Shown here: positions 1-8,739 of the stretch, one piece after another
How positions within the stretch are numbered: position 1 is the stretch's first letter
Layout of the letters: the number at the start of each line of letters is the position of its first letter
IMG/VR virus record: IMGVR_UViG_3300024339_000005
DNA length: 64,000 bases
Reading direction: 5' to 3' (one strand)
From: a virus
Program-made: the position numbers and the translations under genes
Notes under the pieces: model-generated
Seen by the model: only the letters and a program-made list of their open reading frames with translations
What the model was told of the DNA's origin: nothing
The model's database searches: none

Positions 1-64
1 CGGTTTCATTCTTCTGACCAATATAGTTGTCATATTCGGCTGATTCTTCTACTTCATTTGGCAT
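1..64 (-). CDS. 5' fragment of a hypothetical protein running off the window
   Basis: ATG at 64-62 abuts the stop of the 64..426 gene; reads MPNEVEESAEYDNYIGQKNET without a stop. Confidence 0.55.
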   Translation of the reverse strand, partial: MPNEVEESAEYDNYIGQKNET

Positions 65-426
65 CATTCAATCACTTTCACAAATACACCGGCTTTTTCA
101 GCAATCTTTATCATATCATAGGTGCCTCTGGATGATGGCAAAGGAAATGCAAGAACAACATCCACACCAAGTTTCAACATTTCACGGTTCCGAATAGGAC
201 CAGCAGCCTTCGGGTGTTTATCCCAATCAGCCGGATGGTCTTCATATTCAACACCTCGGTCGATAGCCCATCTTTTTGCCATGCGGTCAGCACCTCGTGC
301 GTCACCATGTACAATGATCATATCATCTTCAGGCAGAAATGTCAATAGATATTTGTCTAATGCACCCCACATTTTTTCTTGGTCATACCAATCTCGGCTA
401 CCAGTTATTAGGATGCGCTTTTTCAT
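64..426 (-). CDS. SLOG-superfamily (DUF2493/YspA-like) protein
   Basis: Motifs ILITGSRDW, IVHGDARGAD, AAGPIRNREM, SRGTYDMI. Confidence 0.85.
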   Translation of the reverse strand: MKKRILITGSRDWYDQEKMWGALDKYLLTFLPEDDMIIVHGDARGADRMAKRWAIDRGVEYEDHPADWDKHPKAAGPIRNREMLKLGVDVVLAFPLPSSRGTYDMIKIAEKAGVFVKVIE

Positions 427-692
427 TTCAATATGAATCCCACGGTTCTTTCGGTGGTTGGCTCTGGTTCATGGAGGTAGACCGCTGCGATTTCACCATT
501 CTTTATCTCAATCAGGTCATCCAGCCGAATCATAGTCTCGGGTTTACGCATTCGCATTTCGCCTTGAAAAGTATGTAATGCTTCGTTCGCTTCCTGGGCT
601 GTCTCAAAACCTTTGAAGAAATAGGATTGGGTGCCACGGAGATAGACAAAGATTTGATAGTTCATCCCCTGGCTTCCCATTTGATAGAGCAA
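423..692 (-). CDS. hypothetical protein (likely start at MNYQIF, 665)
   Basis: ORF in a tightly packed run with ATGA overlaps. Confidence 0.6.
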   Translation of the reverse strand: MLYQMGSQGMNYQIFVYLRGTQSYFFKGFETAQEANEALHTFQGEMRMRKPETMIRLDDLIEIKNGEIAAVYLHEPEPTTERTVGFILK

Positions 693-982
693 TTTTTATG
701 CCAGTAGCCTGCTACTGCGACAATCCAAAAGCCTATGAAGTGAACCGGGAACACAGCCAGAACAATACAATTTCCAAGCATAACGACCAGTCCTACAAAC
801 ATGACCATCAGGAACCATGGCTTAAACCAATCCATGACCGTCCAGAAACAAAATGAATTTTTGTTGTCAGCAACGGCTATGTTCTGCATAGCCCGTTGGT
901 GCCATACATCATCATTTTTAACACATCGGTCTATGAGGTTATCCAGCATCCCGAATCTCCTGTCTCGCTTTTGCTTCTTCAC
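662..982 (-). CDS. hypothetical membrane protein
   Basis: Two hydrophobic segments in the C-terminal half. Confidence 0.55.
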   Translation of the reverse strand: MKKQKRDRRFGMLDNLIDRCVKNDDVWHQRAMQNIAVADNKNSFCFWTVMDWFKPWFLMVMFVGLVVMLGNCIVLAVFPVHFIGFWIVAVAGYWHKNCSIKWEARG

Positions 983-1475
983 GCTTGCGGCGGCGGTTCA
1001 ACAGTTTCAGGTTTTTCTTGGCTACACCCATATGGTAACGGTTAGCTCGGTCAGTCATAACGTAACCGTCGAGGTGATCCATTTCATGTAGAAAGATACG
1101 GGCTGACATACCATCGAATTTGATGGCGTCTGTGATACCCTCTTGCGTGGCATAACGAACACGAATCATTGAAGGGCGTTTGACTTTGACAAACAAGCCA
1201 GGAAAGCTAAGGCAGCCTTCTTCCATAACCACGTCGTCACCGTCAGCCGCAAGAACTTCTGGGTTGAACACACCAACGATATTATCAGGGTCTTGAAAGT
1301 GACCCAACAGGAATACCCGCTTATTCACGCCAATTTGTGGTGCAGAAATACCAACGCCTCGTCCGGCAATCATCGCTGTTTTCAATTCATTGAAAAGCAA
1401 TTCTTGGTCGTCATTTTCCATATCAAACGGAAGGGCTTTATCATGGCTTAGTAGGTTCGCTGTAAGTATATTCAT
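939..1475 (-). CDS. def: peptide deformylase
   Basis: All three PDF motifs: GVGISAPQIG, EGCLS, HEMDHLDG. Confidence 0.95.
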   Translation of the reverse strand: MNILTANLLSHDKALPFDMENDDQELLFNELKTAMIAGRGVGISAPQIGVNKRVFLLGHFQDPDNIVGVFNPEVLAADGDDVVMEEGCLSFPGLFVKVKRPSMIRVRYATQEGITDAIKFDGMSARIFLHEMDHLDGYVMTDRANRYHMGVAKKNLKLLNRRRKREEAKARQEIRDAG

Positions 1476-1657
1476 TTCAATTCTCTCTTGTAATAATGAT
1501 TTATCATTCTGAGGCTCGCGGCTTCCCGGTTTGGAAATGTCGTATCCTCTGCTAGTTTGTAATTGCCTGGCGTCTTGGTAATGCCATTGACCATTTCAAT
1601 AATCTGGACGTTGTTTTCGTTACCATCTGGGTGAACCAGATAAAATTCACTTTTCAT
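1472..1657 (-). CDS. hypothetical protein
   Basis: 61-aa ORF with ATGA overlaps on both sides. Confidence 0.6.
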   Translation of the reverse strand: MKSEFYLVHPDGNENNVQIIEMVNGITKTPGNYKLAEDTTFPNREAASLRMINHYYKRELK

Positions 1658-1950
1658 CCGTATCCTCCCATAGTGGTTTTCGTTATAGATTTTTCATGGC
1701 AATAAGAGCATTCGTACCAAACGTCTTCATAACCCTTATCGTAATAAGTGCCCTCGACATTGGTCCGTTTCTTTTCAACTTCAATATGTGGGCAGTTTGC
1801 TATCAGCCATCTGGCGTCCTTATCTAGGGTATCCATAAGAGACTGGTATTTTTTATCAAACTTGCGCTTGGCAATGGCTTTTTGTTTTTCGTATTCGGCA
1901 AAATTTTTCTCGGTGCGAGTTAGTCTGCCTTTCCAATATGCTTGGTTCAT
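1654..1950 (-). CDS. hypothetical protein with CPH...CxxC Zn-binding-like motif
   Basis: Start placed at MNQAYW (1950); motifs NCPH and ECSYCH. Confidence 0.55.
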   Translation of the reverse strand: MNQAYWKGRLTRTEKNFAEYEKQKAIAKRKFDKKYQSLMDTLDKDARWLIANCPHIEVEKKRTNVEGTYYDKGYEDVWYECSYCHEKSITKTTMGGYG

Positions 1951-2079
1951 TTTGGTCCCAATCCTGACGGTGAAGTCAATACGGTTAGACAGATTATACC
2001 GACGGCGAAGGCACCTATGCCCCACCAATTGATACCCAGAACTTCCATAAAATGCTCCATTTGAATCTCCTATCTTATG

Positions 2080-2108
2080 ATCATATCACACTGAATCGAA
2101 TTTGTCAA
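2080..2108 (-). promoter_or_regulatory. sigma70-type early/middle promoter
   Basis: TTGACA (2108-2103), 17 nt, TATGAT (2085-2080). Confidence 0.8.
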
Positions 2109-2622
2109 GTTGATTCCCAAATTGATCCCAACCTTTTCTTGTGGTCCGGCTGAACATTTCAAGGTATGGTCCGTCTAGCAGAGTTTCAATATCGTGGTAA
2201 ATCCTGTCTGGCTTGCGTGAATGTTCTCGTATTTTTTCAACGACAAGTTGATTCACAGAATTGTTCACCCGTTTTGGGCTGCCCTTGGTCGCTAGTAGGC
2301 AAAACTCTGGATTTGAGCGTGTCCAGTATCCCATGCCCTTGAAGAACCCAAGAGACTTTCGGTTTGTCTTAGCCCATGTAAATCCCATGGTTTTGTAAGT
2401 GAAGCCCCAGGAATTGATAACCTCAAATGATTTTTCAAGGAACGGTCCTGTGGTCCACATAAGCAAAACGCAATCGTCGTCAGCCCAATCAGCCACTGGT
2501 AGATCACAAATCTCTTTCAGTTTCATTGTGGGGTAATGATTTTCCGCAGACTTACCCATTCCCTTTTCAGAGTGAGTCTTGAACGCCCATGGTGGGTCAG
2601 AGTAAATCACTTTGTATTTCAT
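2086..2622 (-). CDS. MT-A70-family adenine methyltransferase
   Basis: YKVIYSDPPW catalytic motif, WGFTYKT, GMGYWTRSNPEFCL, REHSRKP, YLEMFSR; start placed at MKYKV by ATGA overlap. Confidence 0.9.
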   Translation of the reverse strand: MKYKVIYSDPPWAFKTHSEKGMGKSAENHYPTMKLKEICDLPVADWADDDCVLLMWTTGPFLEKSFEVINSWGFTYKTMGFTWAKTNRKSLGFFKGMGYWTRSNPEFCLLATKGSPKRVNNSVNQLVVEKIREHSRKPDRIYHDIETLLDGPYLEMFSRTTRKGWDQFGNQLDKFDSV

Positions 2623-2810
2623 TTGGTATGTCTTTCCCAAAAACTTTGCCATATTGGATGCTCGGCAACTTTCATCAAGTCAATATTTGGCATCGGCTGA
2701 ACATCCACAAATTCTTTTGCAACGTCGGCGGCGTATGCTTTACCCATTTTCCTTGGGTCACCATCCGACTCGTCATAATATTCTTGTGGCGTTTTCATTC
2801 GCCTACCCAC
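2619..2810 (-). CDS. hypothetical protein
   Basis: Short ORF in the packed operon. Confidence 0.5.
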   Translation of the reverse strand: MGRRMKTPQEYYDESDGDPRKMGKAYAADVAKEFVDVQPMPNIDLMKVAEHPIWQSFWERHTK

Positions 2811-2998
2811 TCCGGGTTAAAAGCCACTCGGTCTTGCTTGTCGAAATCTTTGAAGAAATCCACTTCAGGGATATTCAACCATACAGCCTGGATGCCGCTG
2901 CCATATAGTTCAGGCTGGTCACGATATTGAAGGCGGGTTTTAGGACTCATAAAACCATCGGGAATACCAGTCACCAATCTCATTTCAATCATTTTCAT
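2795..2998 (-). CDS. hypothetical protein
   Basis: Short ORF in the packed operon. Confidence 0.55.
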   Translation of the reverse strand: MKMIEMRLVTGIPDGFMSPKTRLQYRDQPELYGSGIQAVWLNIPEVDFFKDFDKQDRVAFNPEWVGE

Positions 2999-3203
2999 TA
3001 TCCTTTATGATGCCCACGATTTCTCTTGGTCGGACAACTTCACATTTCGATTTCATTTCTTCAATACGCCGCTTCGGTATATCGTAGTGATTTTTGTGGA
3101 ACCAATTTCTACTGATACATAATATATCGGCCATCAAGTGTAGATTTTCGATAGAGTAAGGCAGACAAACAAGATGCCGCTTTTCATCCATCAAAAATCT
3201 CAT
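2985..3203 (-). CDS. DUF4031-like small protein
   Basis: Pattern HL...LH.MA......R.WF...HYDI resembles DUF4031. Confidence 0.55.
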   Translation of the reverse strand: MRFLMDEKRHLVCLPYSIENLHLMADILCISRNWFHKNHYDIPKRRIEEMKSKCEVVRPREIVGIIKDNEND

Positions 3204-4915
3204 TCCACTATCCTCGAAAAGTTCTTATGTTTCTCAAACCGAATGGTGTTCTCAAATTTATCCTGTAGAACATCGCCCTTATGGGAAATAACAAACACGT
3301 TGGCTGAAGCGCCAAGGTCGTGTAACAGTTTCATAAACTCATCACAACCTGCTGGGTCCAATGACGAATCAAAAATCTCGTCAAGCATCAACAGATTGGT
3401 CGATACCGAATTCTTCATACGAGCCACAGCGCGCCATGTAAACAACAGAGACAAATCAATTCGCTGTTTCTCGCCCTCTGAAAAAGAGGCGTATGAAAAT
3501 TCGTCACGGTTACGCGACCGAATGACCTCATTGAATTGCTCGTCAAGTTCAAAACCAACAAAGAAATCCAGAGCCGCAAGGTACTTGTTGATAAGTTTAT
3601 TCATAATGGGAACATACTGGCGAATGATTCGCGTCTTCACACCACCATCCTTCAACAGAGTCGACGCAAGATCGAAAATGGATTTTTCCATTATCAACTC
3701 TGTCCGTCGGCTTTCATTTACAACCAAGTCTTTCTGGTGCTTGTTTAGTTTCTTTTCTTCTTCATGCCAATCATCTTTTACTTCACGCAAGGCATCAATG
3801 TCTTTATTCAGTTTTTTGACGTAAGTATTCAAACTGGTAACATTGTTATTTTCTACCATAATAGTTGTGTTATACTGTGCGACCTCTTGATTGACGGCAT
3901 GAATTTCTTCGCGTCTTGCTTCCATAGACTCAAGTTTGGCTTCTAACTGGGTCAAGCCCGCGGCGATTTCCACCACTTTCTTTTCCCTTGCATCAACATG
4001 AGCCGTCTTGAAATCTTCCTCTATTCCCTGTTCGCAAGTTGGGCAAGTGTCGTTGTCTTCAAAGAAAGAAATGGCTTTCTTGTGCCGCCGCAGCCTCTGC
4101 GTTATCTGATCTTCAATCTTGCCAAGTTCTGTGATAGATTTTTTATTCGGCTGTTCATCAGTGATAGACGCCATAAGTTGGCTGGCTTTTGTTGTCAGTT
4201 CACCAATAGAAACTTGGTGGGCATTAATAGCCACCAGCGTACCTTTGATTTCCGTTTCAATATTGGTAATGTTATCGGCGTTGTTGCTTTTTAGAGTTTC
4301 AATATAGCCCTCTTGAACATCTATTTTTTCTTCGGTCAAGTCAATAGCGTTCTCGGTCGATAAGCGGTCTTGCTTGTTGCTTGAAATGCGCTCTTTCAAT
4401 AGGCCGTTCATCAATGAGAAAATCTGAATATCAAGTAGATCTTCAATCACTTCACGGCGGGCGCCTGTTGATAATTGCATGAAAGGAACGAACGACGAAT
4501 TGCCAAGCACCACGATTTGGGTGAATGATTTGTAGTTCAATTTCAGAATGGTCTTTTCAAGGACATATTGGTAGTCGCCAATCTTGGCGTCCTGGTCAAG
4601 CATCTTGCCGTTTTTCCAAATCTCAAACACAGCGGGTTTCATGCCACGGCGTACCATATAAAAAATGCTGCCGACAGAGAACGTCACCTCAACCATCATG
4701 TTCTTGAGGTTGATTGTGTTTAGCATTTGTGGCTTTTTGATTTTGCGGAAGGGCTTATTGAATAGGGCAAACGTAAGCGCATCAAGGACCGTCGATTTAC
4801 CTGCGCCATTGTGGCCAATGATAAGAGTGGTGTTATGGGCTAGCAGATCAATTTCGGTCCACTCTGCGCCAGTGGATAACAAATTTCGCCATTTTACGGT
4901 TTTGAAGGTAATCAA
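3200..4915 (-). CDS. gp46: recombination endonuclease ATPase subunit (Rad50/SbcC-like)
   Basis: Walker A GHNGAGKS, Zn hook CPTCEQ, signature FSEGEKQRID, Walker B LLMLDE. Confidence 0.97.
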   Translation of the reverse strand: MITFKTVKWRNLLSTGAEWTEIDLLAHNTTLIIGHNGAGKSTVLDALTFALFNKPFRKIKKPQMLNTINLKNMMVEVTFSVGSIFYMVRRGMKPAVFEIWKNGKMLDQDAKIGDYQYVLEKTILKLNYKSFTQIVVLGNSSFVPFMQLSTGARREVIEDLLDIQIFSLMNGLLKERISSNKQDRLSTENAIDLTEEKIDVQEGYIETLKSNNADNITNIETEIKGTLVAINAHQVSIGELTTKASQLMASITDEQPNKKSITELGKIEDQITQRLRRHKKAISFFEDNDTCPTCEQGIEEDFKTAHVDAREKKVVEIAAGLTQLEAKLESMEARREEIHAVNQEVAQYNTTIMVENNNVTSLNTYVKKLNKDIDALREVKDDWHEEEKKLNKHQKDLVVNESRRTELIMEKSIFDLASTLLKDGGVKTRIIRQYVPIMNKLINKYLAALDFFVGFELDEQFNEVIRSRNRDEFSYASFSEGEKQRIDLSLLFTWRAVARMKNSVSTNLLMLDEIFDSSLDPAGCDEFMKLLHDLGASANVFVISHKGDVLQDKFENTIRFEKHKNFSRIVE

Positions 4916-5145
4916 TATCGTGTTCCTGTCCAGTTACATTCGGAGCAACCCACTTGATATCTTGGTGGGTGAGACATTAGAGCCATCATTGGGTTTACAT
5001 CAACCAGCTCGGCTTGACACATAGGGCATTCAATACCATTCAGTCGGGCGCCTGTACCATTCAAACCTGCATGGCGTTCCAGGGCTTCGGCGTCATTGTC
5101 TTTCAAAGTTTTCAACATACTATTGGTCCTAATCCTGAGGGGCAA
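4912..5145 (-). CDS. Zn-ribbon hypothetical protein
   Basis: CPMC and CSEC pairs. Confidence 0.6.
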   Translation of the reverse strand: MPLRIRTNSMLKTLKDNDAEALERHAGLNGTGARLNGIECPMCQAELVDVNPMMALMSHPPRYQVGCSECNWTGTRY

Positions 5146-5366
5146 TCTAAGGTACTACATACCATCCCATATGCTTTACCAGATTCAAACTGCCAACCAC
5201 ATTTTTCACAACTCCAAAATTTGGTAAGTGGTTCGGGAATTGTGGGTGCGGGGGCGAAGAAATCTGGAAAGCTCTTGGGGATTACCTCCCGGCGTTCAAG
5301 TTCTGTAATTCTCTTTTTGAGATCGTCAAGCGCCTTGTCCATTTCTTCAAAAGTGCGGTAAGTCAT
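5112..5366 (-). CDS. hypothetical protein with Cys cluster
   Basis: CEKC and CSTLDCP; lies just downstream of a sigma70 promoter. Confidence 0.6.
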   Translation of the reverse strand: MTYRTFEEMDKALDDLKKRITELERREVIPKSFPDFFAPAPTIPEPLTKFWSCEKCGWQFESGKAYGMVCSTLDCPSGLGPIVC

Positions 5367-5392
5367 AGGGTCGGTACTCCATTCATATATTG

Positions 5393-5421
5393 ATCATATC
5401 ACATTTGGCGGGATTTGTCAA
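5393..5421 (-). promoter_or_regulatory. sigma70-type early/middle promoter
   Basis: TTGACA (5421-5416), 17 nt, TATGAT (5398-5393). Confidence 0.8.
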
Positions 5422-6488
5422 GCATCTTGCACCATAAGACTCTCATTGTATAGAGTTCGGAGCAGTTTGTCAAGTTCTTTTTTGCCGTGGTCGATGGTAA
5501 GTTCGTCAACGTATTTGGTAAGAATGGTAAGGGTGTCGTCTACATTCTCTAAAATATCGTCTTCACTTTCTTCATGGGCATTGAAATGGTCGTCAACGAT
5601 TTGAATATTTACCGTATCCGCCTTGTCCAATTCATCAATGAACCTATCGAAAAAGAACGGGTTCGTTTTCTTGGTGATAATGACCTTGACGTAGGTATCG
5701 GTAAAATTTGAAAAATCAACATCAAGCACGGTGCCTAAGTCTTTGTCCTCGTCGTCGTACCAAACCTTGTGGAATATCTCGTAGGGATTTCGTATAAACT
5801 CAAGACTCATATCCTCTGTGTCGAGTATGTGAAAACCTCGGTCGTCGTTGTAGTCAGACCATGTAATGCCGTATGGGTTACCGAGATAATGGATATTGCC
5901 TTGCGACGACTTATGGTGGTAGTGACCTGAAAGAACCATATCAAATTTGTCGAACATATCTCGGTCGAGACCGTCGTTATTCAAGGACGACTTATACATA
6001 CGGAAGCCCGCAACTTCAAGGTGACCTATCGCAAGTATAGCCGTTGAATCCTCAATCGCGCTCATGGTGGCGGCATAGTTCTCTGCGTTGATCCACGGCA
6101 ACATCAAAATCTTGGTGCCTTCGATCTCGATTTCTTCTGGACCAGCATAAACATGAATGTTATCGTAGCCATCCTCTAAAAGTAGCGTTTGAGAATTTAC
6201 ATCGTTCGTGGATTTATATGCGGTGCAATGATTTCCGACGACCATATGGAGTTGATAATTTTTCTTATGGCAAGGCTCAAAAAACATCGACTTGGCATCC
6301 CGTAGGGTAACGAAATTTATAAACTTTCGTCTATCAAAACAATCTCCAGCATGTATGATGGTATCAATGTCGTGTTCCTCCAATGTCGGGAAGAAAACAT
6401 CGTCGTAGAACCTTCGAAAATATTCCGAGAAAATCTGGCTGTCATTCCTGGCCCCATGGTGCGTGTCGGTAATAATTGCAATTTTCAT
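5418..6488 (-). CDS. gp47: recombination endonuclease nuclease subunit (Mre11/SbcD-like)
   Basis: Phosphoesterase motifs DTHHG, GDCFDRR, VGNH, SGHYH. Confidence 0.96.
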   Translation of the reverse strand: MKIAIITDTHHGARNDSQIFSEYFRRFYDDVFFPTLEEHDIDTIIHAGDCFDRRKFINFVTLRDAKSMFFEPCHKKNYQLHMVVGNHCTAYKSTNDVNSQTLLLEDGYDNIHVYAGPEEIEIEGTKILMLPWINAENYAATMSAIEDSTAILAIGHLEVAGFRMYKSSLNNDGLDRDMFDKFDMVLSGHYHHKSSQGNIHYLGNPYGITWSDYNDDRGFHILDTEDMSLEFIRNPYEIFHKVWYDDEDKDLGTVLDVDFSNFTDTYVKVIITKKTNPFFFDRFIDELDKADTVNIQIVDDHFNAHEESEDDILENVDDTLTILTKYVDELTIDHGKKELDKLLRTLYNESLMVQDA

Positions 6489-7178
6489 TTATTCACTTCC
6501 TGGTATGACATAATACCAATCTTTCATTTTTATATTTTTACAACGGGCATATACATTTGATGTAGTCATATCAAAAGATAAGGCAGCATCCTTGGCGCAC
6601 CCAAATATTTGCCCCCGGGCATGTATTTTATATCGGCGAGTTTCCGCCGATTTTTGAATTCGCTTTTGTTGTTTATCACGGTAAACGGGGTCAGACCATA
6701 ATTCTCGCTGTTCTTTGGATTTCGTCTTTTTATTCAATTCAACAACGGCTTGTCGCCGGGCAACCGCATTTGGATTTGTGTCCCAATATGTTTGAGTTAT
6801 TTCTCTCACCTTTTGTTTGGTTTCCTCGGTTCTGGGTATAGATACCCAGCCGGTCGTGGCAATACTCTTATTGAAATAATGAGGCGAAAGTTTCACATCT
6901 AATTTCAGGTGAATAAACTTTTCCGCTTCAACCAGTTCGTGCGGGGTATATTCATCATGGGTTTCTATAATATCAAACCTGAAAAGTTCCGGATGTTCCT
7001 TCACTTCCTTTTTCCACCAATCCCTAATAGTCAAATTACCGGTGTACCAATCTTGTTGTTTTGATGATGGTGAACCCATATATTTTACATCGTAATGATA
7101 CTTGGAACCAATATAGAAAAATGGCGGCGTTTTGTTTTCAACATGGGGTAAATAAGTAATCTTATAGATAATATTCAT
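6489..7178 (-). CDS. Seg-like GIY-YIG homing endonuclease
   Basis: IIYKITY...FYIGSK, YMGS, YFNKS; late promoter upstream; free-standing next to gp47. Confidence 0.8.
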   Translation of the reverse strand: MNIIYKITYLPHVENKTPPFFYIGSKYHYDVKYMGSPSSKQQDWYTGNLTIRDWWKKEVKEHPELFRFDIIETHDEYTPHELVEAEKFIHLKLDVKLSPHYFNKSIATTGWVSIPRTEETKQKVREITQTYWDTNPNAVARRQAVVELNKKTKSKEQRELWSDPVYRDKQQKRIQKSAETRRYKIHARGQIFGCAKDAALSFDMTTSNVYARCKNIKMKDWYYVIPGSE

Positions 7179-7205
7179 CGTAATACCTTTCTATTACCAT
7201 GATAC

Positions 7206-7213
7206 TATTTATA
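7206..7213 (-). promoter_or_regulatory. T4-type late promoter
   Basis: TATAAATA 27 nt upstream of the endonuclease ATG. Confidence 0.8.
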
Positions 7214-7224
7214 AGAACACACAT

Positions 7225-7371
7225 TTAGGGGCTATTTTCATATAATTTTTCTCTCATTTGTTCTAAGGTTAATTTTCTGCGGTAAATTTCTATACCGAAG
7301 ATTTTGTAAATCATCCATGGTGATATAGTTACAGGACAGGCGATCATGTACTTATGATAAATCCATTTCAT
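7225..7371 (-). CDS. 48-aa hypothetical protein
   Basis: MKWIYHK..., ATGA-coupled to the upstream small ORF; probably the real part of the 125-aa track ORF. Confidence 0.45.
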   Translation of the reverse strand: MKWIYHKYMIACPVTISPWMIYKIFGIEIYRRKLTLEQMREKLYENSP

Positions 7372-7520
7372 CGTACAAACTGCATTTTGGTTTCCAGTAT
7401 GGTGATTCGCCCTGATAATAGTTCGTTGTCTTTTTGTAGATATGCGATATCCCATGCATTCCAGCAAATCGCACCCAATAAAAATACTACGACCCACAAA
7501 AGTTTGGTGTTTTCTTTCAT
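7368..7520 (-). CDS. 50-aa membrane-anchored protein
   Basis: MKENTKLLWVVVFLLGAICWNAWDIAYLQKDNELL...; not in the ORF track; overlaps neighbours at both ends. Confidence 0.5.
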   Translation of the reverse strand: MKENTKLLWVVVFLLGAICWNAWDIAYLQKDNELLSGRITILETKMQFVR

Positions 7521-7744
7521 CACTGTTCTCCATAGTCTTTAGGGAATGTTTGATTGATAAAACTGTCAACATTCCGTTTCGCCAGTTCAAGTTCTTTGTC
7601 ACCAGTCAATTGGCACCAACCGTCGCGTGGGTCGGGCTTACAATACAGACATTCTTTTTGTCTGCTATTTTGTAACCTTCGATAACATCACGGGCACAGA
7701 AAACTATACGATAGCTTGGTGTCTCCACATTCGGGGCATTTCAT
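7520..7744 (-). pseudogene. Zn-finger gene interrupted by an in-frame TGA
   Basis: MKCPECGDTKLSYSFLCP*CYRRLQNSRQKECLYCKPDPRDGWCQ...; TGA at 7690-7688. Confidence 0.55.
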
Positions 7745-7756
7745 TTCAGAGACAGG

Positions 7757-8065
7757 CTATTCTTGACGACTACTTGATTCAGAAGCGGCAAAGGATTCAG
7801 CAAGTTTATCCAATTCAGCATCAAGATCATCCTTTGAATCTAAATCAGGCATAGGCTCAAGCCAGAATTTCAGTTCCCTGATTTCCGCTTGTAGTTTGGT
7901 GATATAATCATCAAGAGCCACGCTTTCTTTTCCACTGATAACTATGCCCTGAGAAGTGCCATGAAAGCCTGTTCTATAATCTTCTGCGGCAACCCAGATT
8001 TTGGTCCAGGCTTCTCTTGCATCACTATTCATCGGTAACATCGGTATCCTCCATAAACTTTTCAA
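7757..8065 (-). CDS. hypothetical protein (likely start 8032)
   Basis: ORF directly downstream of gp55. Confidence 0.55.
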   Translation of the reverse strand: MKSLWRIPMLPMNSDAREAWTKIWVAAEDYRTGFHGTSQGIVISGKESVALDDYITKLQAEIRELKFWLEPMPDLDSKDDLDAELDKLAESFAASESSSRQE

Positions 8066-8603
8066 GTCCCTTGCGTTTCTTTATCTTGCGCCGTTTGGTC
8101 TTTTCAAAATCAACAATAAATTCATCAATATATGTTTGCGACATTTCGCCTGGTTTATAGTTGGTATCATATGAGCCAGAATCGGTGGCTTGTTGTTCAG
8201 AGGTCATATCAAATATGTTTTGGTTTTCTGTCACCTTGAATTTGGTGTAAAGCGCCTTTTTCTCTTTGGCGATCTTGCGAAGGAAAGCGTACCAGATAAT
8301 CTGTGTAAAATATGCAAATGGGTTATTGTATTTCTCGGGGTTGAAGTTGTCAATATATTGCAGACAGTTCTCAACCCCGTCCATTATCATTTCCTCACGA
8401 AAGGGGTATTGGCTGAAATTGGGCCGTGTTGATAATCGTTCACCGATTTTTAGGAAACACTCGCCAATATAGGCTGGTACTCTTGGTCTTTGCAGACCAG
8501 AGGCTTCCGCCTCAGTAACTTGGTTTTTGAATTCGACCATCGCACCATGGAAAACTTTGTTATCAACATAATGCTCCGGTTGCTTTTTCTTTTTTCTTGT
8601 CAT
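8025..8603 (-). CDS. gp55: late-transcription sigma factor
   Basis: HYVDNK, YIGECFLKI, NFSQYPFREEMIMDGVENCLQYIDNFNPEK, NPFAYFTQI. Confidence 0.97.
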   Translation of the reverse strand: MTRKKKKQPEHYVDNKVFHGAMVEFKNQVTEAEASGLQRPRVPAYIGECFLKIGERLSTRPNFSQYPFREEMIMDGVENCLQYIDNFNPEKYNNPFAYFTQIIWYAFLRKIAKEKKALYTKFKVTENQNIFDMTSEQQATDSGSYDTNYKPGEMSQTYIDEFIVDFEKTKRRKIKKRKGLEKFMEDTDVTDE

Positions 8604-8627
8604 ACTTTACTCCATAATATAGGTACC

Positions 8628-8656
8628 AGTATACACCAATTTACTCACCCTGTCAA
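8628..8656 (-). promoter_or_regulatory. sigma70-type promoter for gp55
   Basis: TTGACA (8656-8651), 17 nt, TATACT (8633-8628). Confidence 0.8.
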
Positions 8657-8682
8657 TACTTTTTATTTCGGTATATTAGGCC

Positions 8683-8739
8683 TTTTTACTTGACAAATGC
8701 TTGACATGGTGTTATGATCACTATGTAGGGTTATTCAAT
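8683..8739 (+). repeat. 57-bp dispersed repeat, copy 1, containing an antisense sigma70-type promoter
   Basis: 54/57 identical to 59096-59152; TTGACA 8690, second TTGACA 8701, TATGAT 8713. Confidence 0.9.

Noticed and set aside
7225-7602. The 125-aa ORF as a single gene
   Set aside because: Better explained by small translationally coupled ORFs (7368..7520 and 7225..7371) and the end of the interrupted Zn-finger gene
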